Origin: an uncultured Nitrospiraceae bacterium
Lineage (GTDB): Bacteria > Nitrospirota > Thermodesulfovibrionia > Thermodesulfovibrionales > UBA6898
NCBI GenBank assembly: GCA_963811165.1
Contig: CAWEQH010000010.1
Location: 224,001-288,000 of the forward strand
Reading direction: 5' to 3'
DNA length: 64,000 nucleotides
Made by a program: the position numbers and the translations under genes. The notes under the pieces were generated by a model. The model saw only the letters and a list, made by a program, of their open reading frames with translations. It was not told the origin of the DNA and made no database searches. Within the stretch, counting starts at the first letter, position 1; the number at the start of each line of letters is the position of its first letter. Below are positions 18,759 through 28,021 of the stretch, piece by piece.

Positions 18759-20084
18759 ATGGCAGAACAAGAAAACAAAGTTCCGGGGAGGGCATGGGTC
18801 GTTACCTTTGCCGGCACCGCGATTAACCTTTGTCTAGGCATTTTGTATGCCTGGAGCGTCTGGGCAAAGGCGTTGATCAATGTAAAAAATGCAGGCAGTC
18901 CCATGACCGGAATCAACGAGGGATGGACCTTTCTCACCAACGCTGAGGCCGCAACCCCATTTTCTCTCTGTGTCATTATTTTTGCGTTGTTCATGATACC
19001 CGGGGGGCGCATCCAGGACAAATACGGTCCTAAAGTCGGCGCTACTCTCGGCGGGCTGTGCCTTGCTGCCGGTTGCATACTCTCGGGTCTAATGAAAAGC
19101 TATACGGGTCTTATCATCGGATTCGGGATCCTGGGTGGAATCGGTATGGGTATCGGGTATGCCGCTCCGACTCCGGCTGCCCTGAAATGGTTCGGTCCTC
19201 ATAAACGCGGGCTTATTGCCGGCCTGGTTGTGGGAGGGTACGGAGGCGCGGCCCTTTACATCTCCCCGCTCGCTACATACCTTATAGACAATTACGGGAT
19301 TTCCGGCAGTTTCATCGGATTGGGCATTATGTTTGCCGTTGTCGTCATCATAGCAGGTCAATTACTCTCCTGGCCGCCTACCGGCTATGTACCGCCCGGT
19401 GGGGGCGCGGCTGCAGCTGCCCAAGCGAAGAAGCAGACGACACATAACTGGAGCGCTGGGGAAATGACCAAGACATGGCAGTTCTATGCGCTCGTCGTCC
19501 TGTTCATCGGTTCGGTGCAATCCGGCCTTCTCATCATTGCAAACGCAGCGGGCATACTGGCCTCAACCGCCAAAGGCATACCTTTCCTTGTTGCGAATGC
19601 CTGGATACTCGCCTCTTTCGGCGGTGCGATCAATGCCTTGGGAAGAGTTGGGACCGGTGTGTATTCTGATAAATTAGGCAGAGCGAATGCATATACCGTC
19701 AACTGTGTTGTTTCGGCCCTCTGTCTCTTTGCGATGCCGAGCATTATCGCATCCAAGAGTGTCTTTCTGCTGTTCCTGGCGGTAGGCATTGCATACTGGC
19801 AGTACGGCGGCGGACTTGCGCTGCTGCCGGCCATGACTGCAGATTTCTACGGCTCAAAGAACCTCGGCATGAATTACGGGCTGGTGTTTCTGGGATGGGG
19901 GCTCGGCTTTTTTATGGCAAGACTGGGCGGCACCATTAAAGACGTTACCGGCAGTCTTGATTATGCATTCTATATGTCGGGTGCAGTGCTGATAATCGCG
20001 GTCATTCTTGTCAGGATTACTGCAAGACCCATCTGGGATTCTAAACTTGAAACGGCAGCAGAAATTCCGAATAGGAATCTTTAA
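18759..20084 (+). CDS. OFA (oxalate:formate antiporter)-family MFS transporter, probable monocarboxylate permease
   Basis: LCLGILYAWSV, GGRIQDKYGPK, KWF.PHKRGL.AG, DFYGSKNLGMNYG; AAGGAGG RBS. Confidence 0.88.
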   Translation: MAEQENKVPGRAWVVTFAGTAINLCLGILYAWSVWAKALINVKNAGSPMTGINEGWTFLTNAEAATPFSLCVIIFALFMIPGGRIQDKYGPKVGATLGGLCLAAGCILSGLMKSYTGLIIGFGILGGIGMGIGYAAPTPAALKWFGPHKRGLIAGLVVGGYGGAALYISPLATYLIDNYGISGSFIGLGIMFAVVVIIAGQLLSWPPTGYVPPGGGAAAAAQAKKQTTHNWSAGEMTKTWQFYALVVLFIGSVQSGLLIIANAAGILASTAKGIPFLVANAWILASFGGAINALGRVGTGVYSDKLGRANAYTVNCVVSALCLFAMPSIIASKSVFLLFLAVGIAYWQYGGGLALLPAMTADFYGSKNLGMNYGLVFLGWGLGFFMARLGGTIKDVTGSLDYAFYMSGAVLIIAVILVRITARPIWDSKLETAAEIPNRNL

Positions 20085-20131
20085 AATTACTCATATGAGC
20101 AAAATACAAATCTGATGGAGGAATGATTGCA

Positions 20132-22207
20132 ATGGCAGAAATTAAGAAAAAAGAGAAAGACCTCATGAAGGAGGGTGTAGAAACATCCGAAGCCGAGATT
20201 GCGGTGCATTGGGGGGAAGAGCAATTCTTCTATCCTTCCACAAAATTCATTGCCCAGGCGAACATGACTGATGAAACGGTTTATGACCGGTTCAGTCTGG
20301 AGAACTTTCCAAACTGTTTCAAGGAGTATGCAGACCTTTTGACATGGTATAAGTATTGGGATGAGATACTCGATACCAGCGATGCCCCTTGCTTTAAGTG
20401 GTTCAAAGGCGGGTTGATCAATGCAAGTTACAACTGTGTTGACAGACATCTTGCAAAGAATAAAAACAAAACAGCGATCCACTTCGTACCGGAGCTTGAG
20501 ACTGACAAAGTGGAGCATGTCACCTACCAGGAGCTGTATGTGAGGGTGAATGAGTTCGCAGCAATCCTTAGGGATTACTGCGGTCTTAAGGCAGGAGACC
20601 GGGTAACGCTCCATATGCCGATGGTGACCGAACTCGCTGTCACCATGCTCGCCTGCGCGCGACTCGGCATTATACACTCACAGGTCTTCGGCGGGTTCAG
20701 CGGCAAGGCCTGCGCTGACAGGATTGTTGACTCAGGGAGCGAATACCTGATAACGATGGACGCGTATTTCAGGGCCGGGAAGATTCAAGATCACAAGGAA
20801 AAGGCCGATATTGCTATTGAACAGGCAGCAATAGATGGACAGAAGATCAAAAAGGTCTTGATATGGCAGCGCTACCCCGGCAAATATTCAGCTGCGACCC
20901 CGATGGTAGAGGGCCGTGATTTCATTATCAACGACCTGCTGAAAAATTATTATGGCGTAAGGATTGCCCCGGTCCCAATGCCTGCCGAAGCGCCGCTCTT
21001 TCTTATGTACACCAGCGGCACCACCGGAAAGCCCAAGGGAGCACAGCACAGCACCGGCGGTTATCTTGCTTATGTAACCGGGACATCGAAATACATTCAG
21101 GACATCCATCCTGAAGACGTATACTGGTGTATGGCCGACATCGGCTGGATCACAGGTCATTCTTATATCGTGTACGGTCCGTTGGCATTATGTGCATCCA
21201 GCGTTATTTTCGAAGGCGTCCCCACATATCCGGATGCAGGAAGAGCGTGGAGGATTGCCCAGGACCTGGATGTCAACATCTTCCATACCGCACCTACCAC
21301 CATCAGAGCGTTGAGGAAGGTCGGTCCCGACGAGCCCGCAAAATACAATTACCACTTCAAACACATGACAACCGTCGGTGAGCCGATTGAGCCTGAAGTC
21401 TGGAAATGGTATTATCACGAGGTCGGCAAAAACGAAGCTGCCATCGTGGACACATGGTGGCAGACTGAAAACGGCGGTTTCCTATGCAGCACAATCCCTG
21501 CACTTAAACCCATGAAGCCAGGCAGTGCCGGCCCCGGCGTGCCGGGTATCCATCCGATTATTTATGACAACGACGGCAACGTAGTCCCGGCGGGATCCGG
21601 CAAGGCAGGCAATATCTGTATACAGAACCCGTGGCCCGGCATGTTCCAGACCATATGGGGAGACCGCGACCGTTTTGTCAAGGTCTATTTTGAAAGATAC
21701 TGCAAAGACCCCAAGAGCAAGAGGTGGCAGGATTGGCCGTATCTTACCGGTGATGCCGCGGTTATGGCTGCGGACGGCTATGTCCGCATCCTCGGCAGAA
21801 TCGACGATGTTATCAACGTTTCCGGTCACAGACTCGGCACCAAAGAGATTGAATCCGCTGCTCTGACCCACCCGGATGTTGCGGAAGCGGCTGTTGTGCC
21901 TGTTAAACATGAAATCAAAGGCAAGGAGCCGGATCTGTATATTGCGCTGAAACCGGGAAAGAAGGCGAGCAGCGAAATCGCAAAGGCAATATCACAGTGT
22001 GTGGTCAGGGAAATCGGCGCCATCGCAAGGCCGAGGAAAGTCTGGATTGTGCCTGATATGCCCAAGACCCGTTCGGGAAAGATCATGCGTCGCGTACTTG
22101 GGGCTATTTCCAACGGCACGGATGTAGGCGATGTGATGACATTGGCAAATCCGGAGATTGTCGAGGCGATAATGAAAATGGTAGCTGAAAGCCCAGTAGA
22201 GTTTTAG
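20132..22207 (+). CDS. acs: AMP-forming acetyl-CoA synthetase
   Basis: WFKGG.INASYNCVDRH, YTSGTTGKPKG, ADIGWITGH, VGEPI, DTWWQTE, PKTRSGKIMRR. Confidence 0.97.
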   Translation: MAEIKKKEKDLMKEGVETSEAEIAVHWGEEQFFYPSTKFIAQANMTDETVYDRFSLENFPNCFKEYADLLTWYKYWDEILDTSDAPCFKWFKGGLINASYNCVDRHLAKNKNKTAIHFVPELETDKVEHVTYQELYVRVNEFAAILRDYCGLKAGDRVTLHMPMVTELAVTMLACARLGIIHSQVFGGFSGKACADRIVDSGSEYLITMDAYFRAGKIQDHKEKADIAIEQAAIDGQKIKKVLIWQRYPGKYSAATPMVEGRDFIINDLLKNYYGVRIAPVPMPAEAPLFLMYTSGTTGKPKGAQHSTGGYLAYVTGTSKYIQDIHPEDVYWCMADIGWITGHSYIVYGPLALCASSVIFEGVPTYPDAGRAWRIAQDLDVNIFHTAPTTIRALRKVGPDEPAKYNYHFKHMTTVGEPIEPEVWKWYYHEVGKNEAAIVDTWWQTENGGFLCSTIPALKPMKPGSAGPGVPGIHPIIYDNDGNVVPAGSGKAGNICIQNPWPGMFQTIWGDRDRFVKVYFERYCKDPKSKRWQDWPYLTGDAAVMAADGYVRILGRIDDVINVSGHRLGTKEIESAALTHPDVAEAAVVPVKHEIKGKEPDLYIALKPGKKASSEIAKAISQCVVREIGAIARPRKVWIVPDMPKTRSGKIMRRVLGAISNGTDVGDVMTLANPEIVEAIMKMVAESPVEF

Positions 22208-22271
22208 TCTCGAAAAAGATACAATAGAGGAACAGTTCCAAAGGTAGTTACTGGGTGCTAAAATGCAAGGG

Positions 22272-22306
22272 AAGGGGCTGGAGAAGTTTTTCCAGCCCCT
22301 TTATTT
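22272..22306 (+). terminator. Intrinsic terminator after acs
   Basis: AAGGGGCTGGA / TCCAGCCCCTT stem followed by T-rich tail. Confidence 0.75.
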
Positions 22307-22422
22307 AAAACATGAGGGGCGTTCCCGTCCAGGAGCAATGCGTGCCGCGACTCCTCACAGGTATCGCTGCCTAAGGCTTTCGGTCCAGCCATTTTCCGAT
22401 TCGGGAAGGAAACGTGTTTAAC

Positions 22423-23379
22423 ATGAGAAGGACAGGGTTTCTCTACGATGAACGCTTTCTTCTGCACATTACGGGACCCGAACATCCGGAATCGCCCGAA
22501 CGGCTCCGCTCAATTTACCGGGGAGTTAAAGATACTGGTCTTCTTTCTAAAGTGACCCTCATAAAAGCCAGCCGGGCCAGGCAGGAATGGATTGAAGCTG
22601 TCCATAGCGTCAAACTCATTATGCGCTTTGAAGAGGCGTGTGTTTGGGGGATGGATATGCTTGATCATCCTGATAACAGGATATGCAGGGAAACCTTTGA
22701 AACCGCGCTGCTGGCAGCGGGCGGCATTCTCGATACAGTGGATCTCGTTATGGGGGGAAAACTCGACAATGCCTTCTGTGCGGTGAGACCCCCCGGGCAT
22801 CACGCTGAGGTCAACAGGGTAATGGGCTTTTGTTTTTTCAATAATGTCGCTATTGCGGCCAGATATCTCCAGAACAAATGGGGGGTCCGGCGAATAGGTA
22901 TTGTTGATTTCGATGTCCATCACGGCAACGGCACCCAGACTATTTTTGATGATGATCCCTCGGTGTTCTATTATTCCATCCATGAGCATCCTTCATTTGC
23001 CTATCCCGGCACCGGCAGGGAATTCGAAAAAGGCTCAGGCCCGGGTTACGGATTCACTCTGAACTCGCCGGTATTGCCCGGACAGGGAGACAGGGAGTAT
23101 AAGGAATTGCTTCAAAGAGACCTGTTCCCGGCATTCCAAAGCTATGCGCCTGAAGTGATTCTTGTGTCTGCGGGCTTTGATGCCCATATTGACGATGACA
23201 TGTCCGATATAAAGCTCTCGACGGAGTGCTTTTCGTGGATTATGGAAAATATTGTCGGCATGGCCGGCAAATATTCGGGCGGCCGGCTTATCTCTGTTTT
23301 AGAAGGGGGATACGCAGTGGACCGGTTACCTGAACTGAGTGCAAATCATGTCGAAATCTTGTTAGGCAGTAAAGCCTGA
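22423..23379 (+). CDS. Zn-dependent histone-deacetylase-family protein (AcuC-like)
   Basis: HPESPERL, RPPGHHA, GFCFFNN, DFDVHHGNGT, SAGFDAH, LEGGY. Confidence 0.95.
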   Translation: MRRTGFLYDERFLLHITGPEHPESPERLRSIYRGVKDTGLLSKVTLIKASRARQEWIEAVHSVKLIMRFEEACVWGMDMLDHPDNRICRETFETALLAAGGILDTVDLVMGGKLDNAFCAVRPPGHHAEVNRVMGFCFFNNVAIAARYLQNKWGVRRIGIVDFDVHHGNGTQTIFDDDPSVFYYSIHEHPSFAYPGTGREFEKGSGPGYGFTLNSPVLPGQGDREYKELLQRDLFPAFQSYAPEVILVSAGFDAHIDDDMSDIKLSTECFSWIMENIVGMAGKYSGGRLISVLEGGYAVDRLPELSANHVEILLGSKA

Positions 23380-23390
23380 AGGGTGGAACT

Positions 23391-24065
23391 ATGTTTATAG
23401 ACAAGTCGATGACGAGAAGGGTCATTACAATTCGGCCAGAAGCCGGTTTGCTTGAGGCAAGGGGAAAGATGGACGAAAATGCTATCAGGCATCTGCCCGT
23501 GGTTGATGAGGATAATACCTTGATAGGGATTATTACCGACCGTGATGTGCGAAGTGCTTTGCCGTCTGTGTTCTCGACCTGCCTGGCGGACCCAAAGGAG
23601 ATGGAACGCTTTTCCAGGCTAACGGTTGGGGATTTTATGACGAGAAATCCGATAACCATTTCCCCCATGAACACGCTTGAGGATACACTTTTGTTGATGC
23701 ACAAGATGAAAAAGGGAGCATTCCCGGTTGTTGATCAGCAGGGGAAATTGATAGGGATTATCTCGACCCGCGACCTGCTGCGCGCCTTTATTAGTGTGCT
23801 GGGTATCGAACAGCCCGGAACTCTCCTGTGTCTTGTTGTGGATGACAGTGTGGGGCAAATGAAGAAAATCGTGGATGCCGTTACCGAAGAGGGCGTATCT
23901 TTTGGGAGCATACTTGTTGCCAAGCATTGGGAAGATGGGAAACGGGCTGTTTTCCCCTACTTGTTAACCGTCAATGCGGCCAAAGTGAAAAGAAAACTGA
24001 AGGACATGGGATACACGCTGCTCAGCCCCATGGAATGGTCTCTGGACAACCTGCCGAAGAGTTGA
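23391..24065 (+). CDS. AcuB-like CBS-pair protein with ACT-like C-terminal domain
   Basis: IRHLPVVD, GIITDRDVR, GIISTRDLL; follows the deacetylase directly. Confidence 0.85.
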   Translation: MFIDKSMTRRVITIRPEAGLLEARGKMDENAIRHLPVVDEDNTLIGIITDRDVRSALPSVFSTCLADPKEMERFSRLTVGDFMTRNPITISPMNTLEDTLLLMHKMKKGAFPVVDQQGKLIGIISTRDLLRAFISVLGIEQPGTLLCLVVDDSVGQMKKIVDAVTEEGVSFGSILVAKHWEDGKRAVFPYLLTVNAAKVKRKLKDMGYTLLSPMEWSLDNLPKS

Positions 24066-24206
24066 GGGAGCAAGGAACCTACTCATTAAACACAAGGGAC
24101 AGGTGGAGGAACTGGGTGACACTTCGACGCTTGCTGACCCTTCGGTAGTCGCTGATCTTGTGAAAGAGAGATTGTAAGGTTTTTTCAGGATGCACCTATG
24201 AGGGCA

Positions 24207-24234
24207 GCAGGCCCAAAGGCCTGTTTCCTTTTTT
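24207..24234 (+). terminator. Probable intrinsic terminator after the acuB-like gene
   Basis: CAGGCC-CAAA-GGCCTG followed by T-rich tail. Confidence 0.5.
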
Positions 24235-24277
24235 ATTGGCAGATTGTTAGAATATCGGGCGATAATGCGAGGTGAAG

Positions 24278-24829
24278 ATGGACAAGTTTTTTCTTGAAAA
24301 GAGTGAAGCTGTTTTGGTTATCGTCGATATTCAGGAGAGGCTGGCTGCGGTGATGGGGGAGAGGAAGAAGGTCGTCGACAATTGCCTGCACCTGATCGAG
24401 TTGTCGAAACTCCTCGATATCCCCGTTATCCTTAATGAACAGTATCCGAAGGGACTCGGTCCCACTGTTAGCGAGATTAAGGAGGCCCTTCACCCCTATG
24501 AGCCGCTTGAGAAGGTTACCTTTAGCTGCTGCAAGGGTCCCTCATTTATAGACAGGCTCTCCGCAACAGCAAAGAAGAAAATCATCCTCGTAGGAATGGA
24601 GACACACGTCTGTGTCTTACAGACATGCATCGGTCTATTGGAGGCGGGATATAGGGTCCACGCCGTAAGCGATGCGACCTGCTCGAGGACAAAGGAGGAC
24701 TTCGATACGGCCATCGAGTTCATGCGGGACGCCGGTGCGGTCATTACCTGCACAGAGACCGTGCTTTTTCAACTTCTTGAAAAGGCAGGGACAGAGGAAT
24801 TCAAGATAATTTCTAAGAGGATTAAGTAG
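24278..24829 (+). CDS. Isochorismatase-family hydrolase (YcaC-like)
   Basis: IVDIQERL, EQYPKGLGPT, K.TFSC, GMETHVCVLQT. Confidence 0.92.
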   Translation: MDKFFLEKSEAVLVIVDIQERLAAVMGERKKVVDNCLHLIELSKLLDIPVILNEQYPKGLGPTVSEIKEALHPYEPLEKVTFSCCKGPSFIDRLSATAKKKIILVGMETHVCVLQTCIGLLEAGYRVHAVSDATCSRTKEDFDTAIEFMRDAGAVITCTETVLFQLLEKAGTEEFKIISKRIK

Positions 24830-24947
24830 GTCTTTCCGCGGACTTTTTTTGTATTGTCTCTGTTTTGAAGACCTCCGGAGATTTCTCATTTCATCTTCCT
24901 TTCAAAAAACTCTGTATGATCCAGCCTTAATCCTGTATAATATCCCT

Positions 24948-25187
24948 ATGTGTTTGGCTATTCCATCGAAGATCGTCAGAATCGACGACATGATTGCAAC
25001 GGTCGATGTGTACGGGGCGCGCAGGGACGTGAACCTTATGCTTCTGCCGGAAGATGTCCGGATCGGAGACTATGTGCTAGTGCATGCCGGTTTCGCCCTC
25101 CAGAAGGTTGAACAGGACAGTGCGGAAGAGTCCCTCAAGCTCATCAAAGAGACCTTCGAGCAATCTCCCGACGAATCTTTCCTCTGA
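24948..25187 (+). CDS. hypC: Hydrogenase maturation chaperone HypC
   Basis: MCLAIP N-terminus at ATG 24948, GDYVLVHAGFA. Confidence 0.93.
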   Translation: MCLAIPSKIVRIDDMIATVDVYGARRDVNLMLLPEDVRIGDYVLVHAGFALQKVEQDSAEESLKLIKETFEQSPDESFL

Positions 25188-25190
25188 GAT

Positions 25191-25736
25191 ATGGTCAAAA
25201 ACGACCGCTGGATAATAGAGATGGCAGAGAAGGGCATGATAGAACCCTTCAATAACGAGCAGGTCAGGAAGGGCGTAATATCCTTTGGTGTAAGTTCTTA
25301 CGGCTACGATATACGGATATCGGACGAATTTAAAATGCCGAGTCCCGGTGGCGGCATTATCGATCCCAAAAACTTCAATGACTCTCAGTTCCGTGATTAC
25401 AAGGGTGACGTCTGTGAGGTCCCGGCCAATTCATATGTTATTTGCAGGTCCCTTGAATATTTCAGGATACCCCGGGAGGTCCTCGTCTTCTGCTTTGGAA
25501 AATCCACATATGCCAGGTCGGGTGTTATCGTCAACATTACCCCCCTTGAGCCTGAATGGGAGGGCAATATCACAATCTCTGTCTCCAACACTTCTCCCTT
25601 TCCGGTGAGGATATATGCCAACGAGGGTATTGCGCAGATCGTCTTTCTCGGGGCAAAGGACCTCTGTGAGACTTCCTATGCCGACAAGAAGGGGAAGTAT
25701 CAGGCGCAGAAGGGGATTGTCCTTCCGAAGATATGA
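25191..25736 (+). CDS. dcd: dCTP deaminase
   Basis: SSYGYDIR, GKSTYARSG, TPLEPEWEG, YANEGIAQ, GKYQ.Q. Confidence 0.96.
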   Translation: MVKNDRWIIEMAEKGMIEPFNNEQVRKGVISFGVSSYGYDIRISDEFKMPSPGGGIIDPKNFNDSQFRDYKGDVCEVPANSYVICRSLEYFRIPREVLVFCFGKSTYARSGVIVNITPLEPEWEGNITISVSNTSPFPVRIYANEGIAQIVFLGAKDLCETSYADKKGKYQAQKGIVLPKI

Positions 25737-25833
25737 CCGAGTTCCCTCGGAAGACTTGCTTTTGGGGTTGTTTTCCTTTCATAATAAGTAGCTTCAGGAG
25801 TTGTCTTTAAGCATTTCATTAGGGATGGGAAAG

Positions 25834-26553
25834 ATGGAGATTAATGAGAAATTAATTCTTGCCCTTGACGTTTCAGATGTAAATTATGCGATAGATCTTG
25901 TCAATAAATTAAGTAGTTATATAGGTATATTTAAAGTTGGTCTTGAACTATTTACGGCGGCCGGTCCTTCCATTATTCGTGAGATACACAAAAGGGAAAG
26001 AAAGGTATTCCTCGACCTTAAGTTCCACGACATACCGAATACCGTTTCAAAGGCCGGTATCACCGCTGCAAGATTAGGGGTCTTCATGTTCAACGTGCAT
26101 GCATCGGGCGGGCTTGACATGATGAAGAAATGCAGGGACGATGTGGTGAATGTCTGTCTCAGGGAGAACATCGACAGACCGAGAATTCTCGGGGTGACCG
26201 TACTTACAAGCATGTCGCGCGAAGTCCTGAGGGATGAGGTCGGCATTCAGCATAGCCTAAATACCCATATCAGACATCTCTCGGGACTTTCTCTCAAGGC
26301 CGGTCTTGACGGTGTCGTTGCCTCCGGCAGGGAGGCTGCGATGATAAGGGGCCATTGCGACAGAGGGTTTCTTATCATTACACCGGGCATCAGACCTTCA
26401 TGGGCTGCTATAGACGATCAGATGAGGACGATGACCCCGCGGGAAGCCCTAAGAGAAGGCGCCGATTATATTGTGATGGGCAGGGCGATATTGAGCCGGC
26501 CCGATCCGATTAAAGCGATTGAACTGATTACTGCAGAAATGCAGTCGGCGTAG
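25834..26553 (+). CDS. pyrF: Orotidine-5'-phosphate decarboxylase (start could be 25825)
   Basis: LILALD, FKVGLEL, FLDLKFHDIPNT, VTVLTS, TPGIRP, VMGR. Confidence 0.96.
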   Translation: MEINEKLILALDVSDVNYAIDLVNKLSSYIGIFKVGLELFTAAGPSIIREIHKRERKVFLDLKFHDIPNTVSKAGITAARLGVFMFNVHASGGLDMMKKCRDDVVNVCLRENIDRPRILGVTVLTSMSREVLRDEVGIQHSLNTHIRHLSGLSLKAGLDGVVASGREAAMIRGHCDRGFLIITPGIRPSWAAIDDQMRTMTPREALREGADYIVMGRAILSRPDPIKAIELITAEMQSA

Positions 26554-26568
26554 ATCTTTCCCACTGCC

Positions 26569-28021
26569 ATGCCGAAAGATATTCTCCCCCCTGTTCAAAG
26601 AGATACCCTTCGAGAACCCGGACATTGTCTACCGCAAGCTGCGAACGGCAAACAGTTTCCTTCTCGAAAGTGTCAAAGGTTCTTCACAGACGGCCAGGTA
26701 TTCTTTTGTCGGCTTCGAGCCCTACTTGACAGTGCAGGTCAAGGATGGCATTATCGGGATAGAGTTCGGGGGGAAAAAGACCGTATCTTCCAGAAGACCT
26801 TTGTCCCGGCTCCGGGAACTGCTTAACGGCTACAAGCAGCATCCAATTGCCGGCCTGCCTCCTTTTCAAGGCGGGGCAGTAGGGATGTTTACCTACGATT
26901 TTGTGAAGTATTGTGAGAATCTGCCGCACAACGCAAAAGACGATCTTCATCTGCCCGAGGCGCACTTCTTTATGATTGACAGGCTTGTGGCCTTTGACCA
27001 CCTGAAACACAAAAGCTGGATAATACTCTGCCCCGGCGCAAGGAATACCGCCCTGGGATATTCGGAAATCGGGGTGGACAAAAACCAATGCATAAAAGAG
27101 GCGCAAGAAGTCCTCGACACGATAGAGGCAAGGATTAGACAAAAAGCCCTTTCCGATGAGGAAAGGGTCACGACCTCGTGCGCTCACGACCCGGCGATAG
27201 AGATCGTGCATGACACTGGAAGAGACCGGTACGTGGCGATGGTAAAGAGGGCCAAGGAATACATCGCAGCAGGGGACATCTTTCAGGCAAACTTGTCTCT
27301 TCGTCTCAGCGCTGAAATAGGGAGCAGGGACCCCTGGAGCATATATGAAATTCTCAGGGAGATCAACCCGTCACCCTTTGCTTGCTTTATCGATTTCGGC
27401 GACTACCAGATCGCCGGTTCCTCTCCGGAAAGGCTTGTGAGGGTAAGGGAAGGTGTGATCGATACGAGGCCGATAGCGGGAACAAGGCCGAGGGGCGACA
27501 CTTCGGCAGGGGACGAGATGATGCGCGCTGAACTACTGCTCAATGAAAAAGAGCGGGCCGAGCATATCATGCTGATAGACCTGGAAAGAAACGATATAGG
27601 AAAGGTGTCCGATTACGGCACGGTCCGGGTCGATGAGTTTATGGCGACAGAGGACTATTCACATGTCATGCACATTGTCTCAAACGTGACGGGACGTCTT
27701 GCAGCCGGTAAAGATTGTTTCGATGTAATACGGGCGACATTCCCCGGAGGGACGATAACCGGTGTTCCAAAAGTCAGATGTATGGAGATCATAGATGAGA
27801 TCGAGCCGGTCAGGAGGGGGCCATATACCGGCTCGATAGGATATGTGGGTTTTAACGGGGCCATGGACCTTAATATTGTAATAAGGACTTTCCTCATAAA
27901 AGACCGGAAGGCATATATACAGGCGGGTGCGGGTATCGTTGCCGATTCGGACCCTCTGCGTGAATACATGGAGAGTTTAAAAAAGGCCGAGGCCCTCATG
28001 AGGACGCTGGAACGAATCTAG
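26569..28021 (+). CDS. Chorismate-binding enzyme, anthranilate/aminodeoxychorismate synthase component I (one apparent frameshift near 26576)
   Basis: FLLES....ARYS upstream of ORF-track start in the same frame; GDIFQ, SSPERL, RPIAGT, EHIMLIDLERND, FPGGTITGVPK. Confidence 0.9.
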
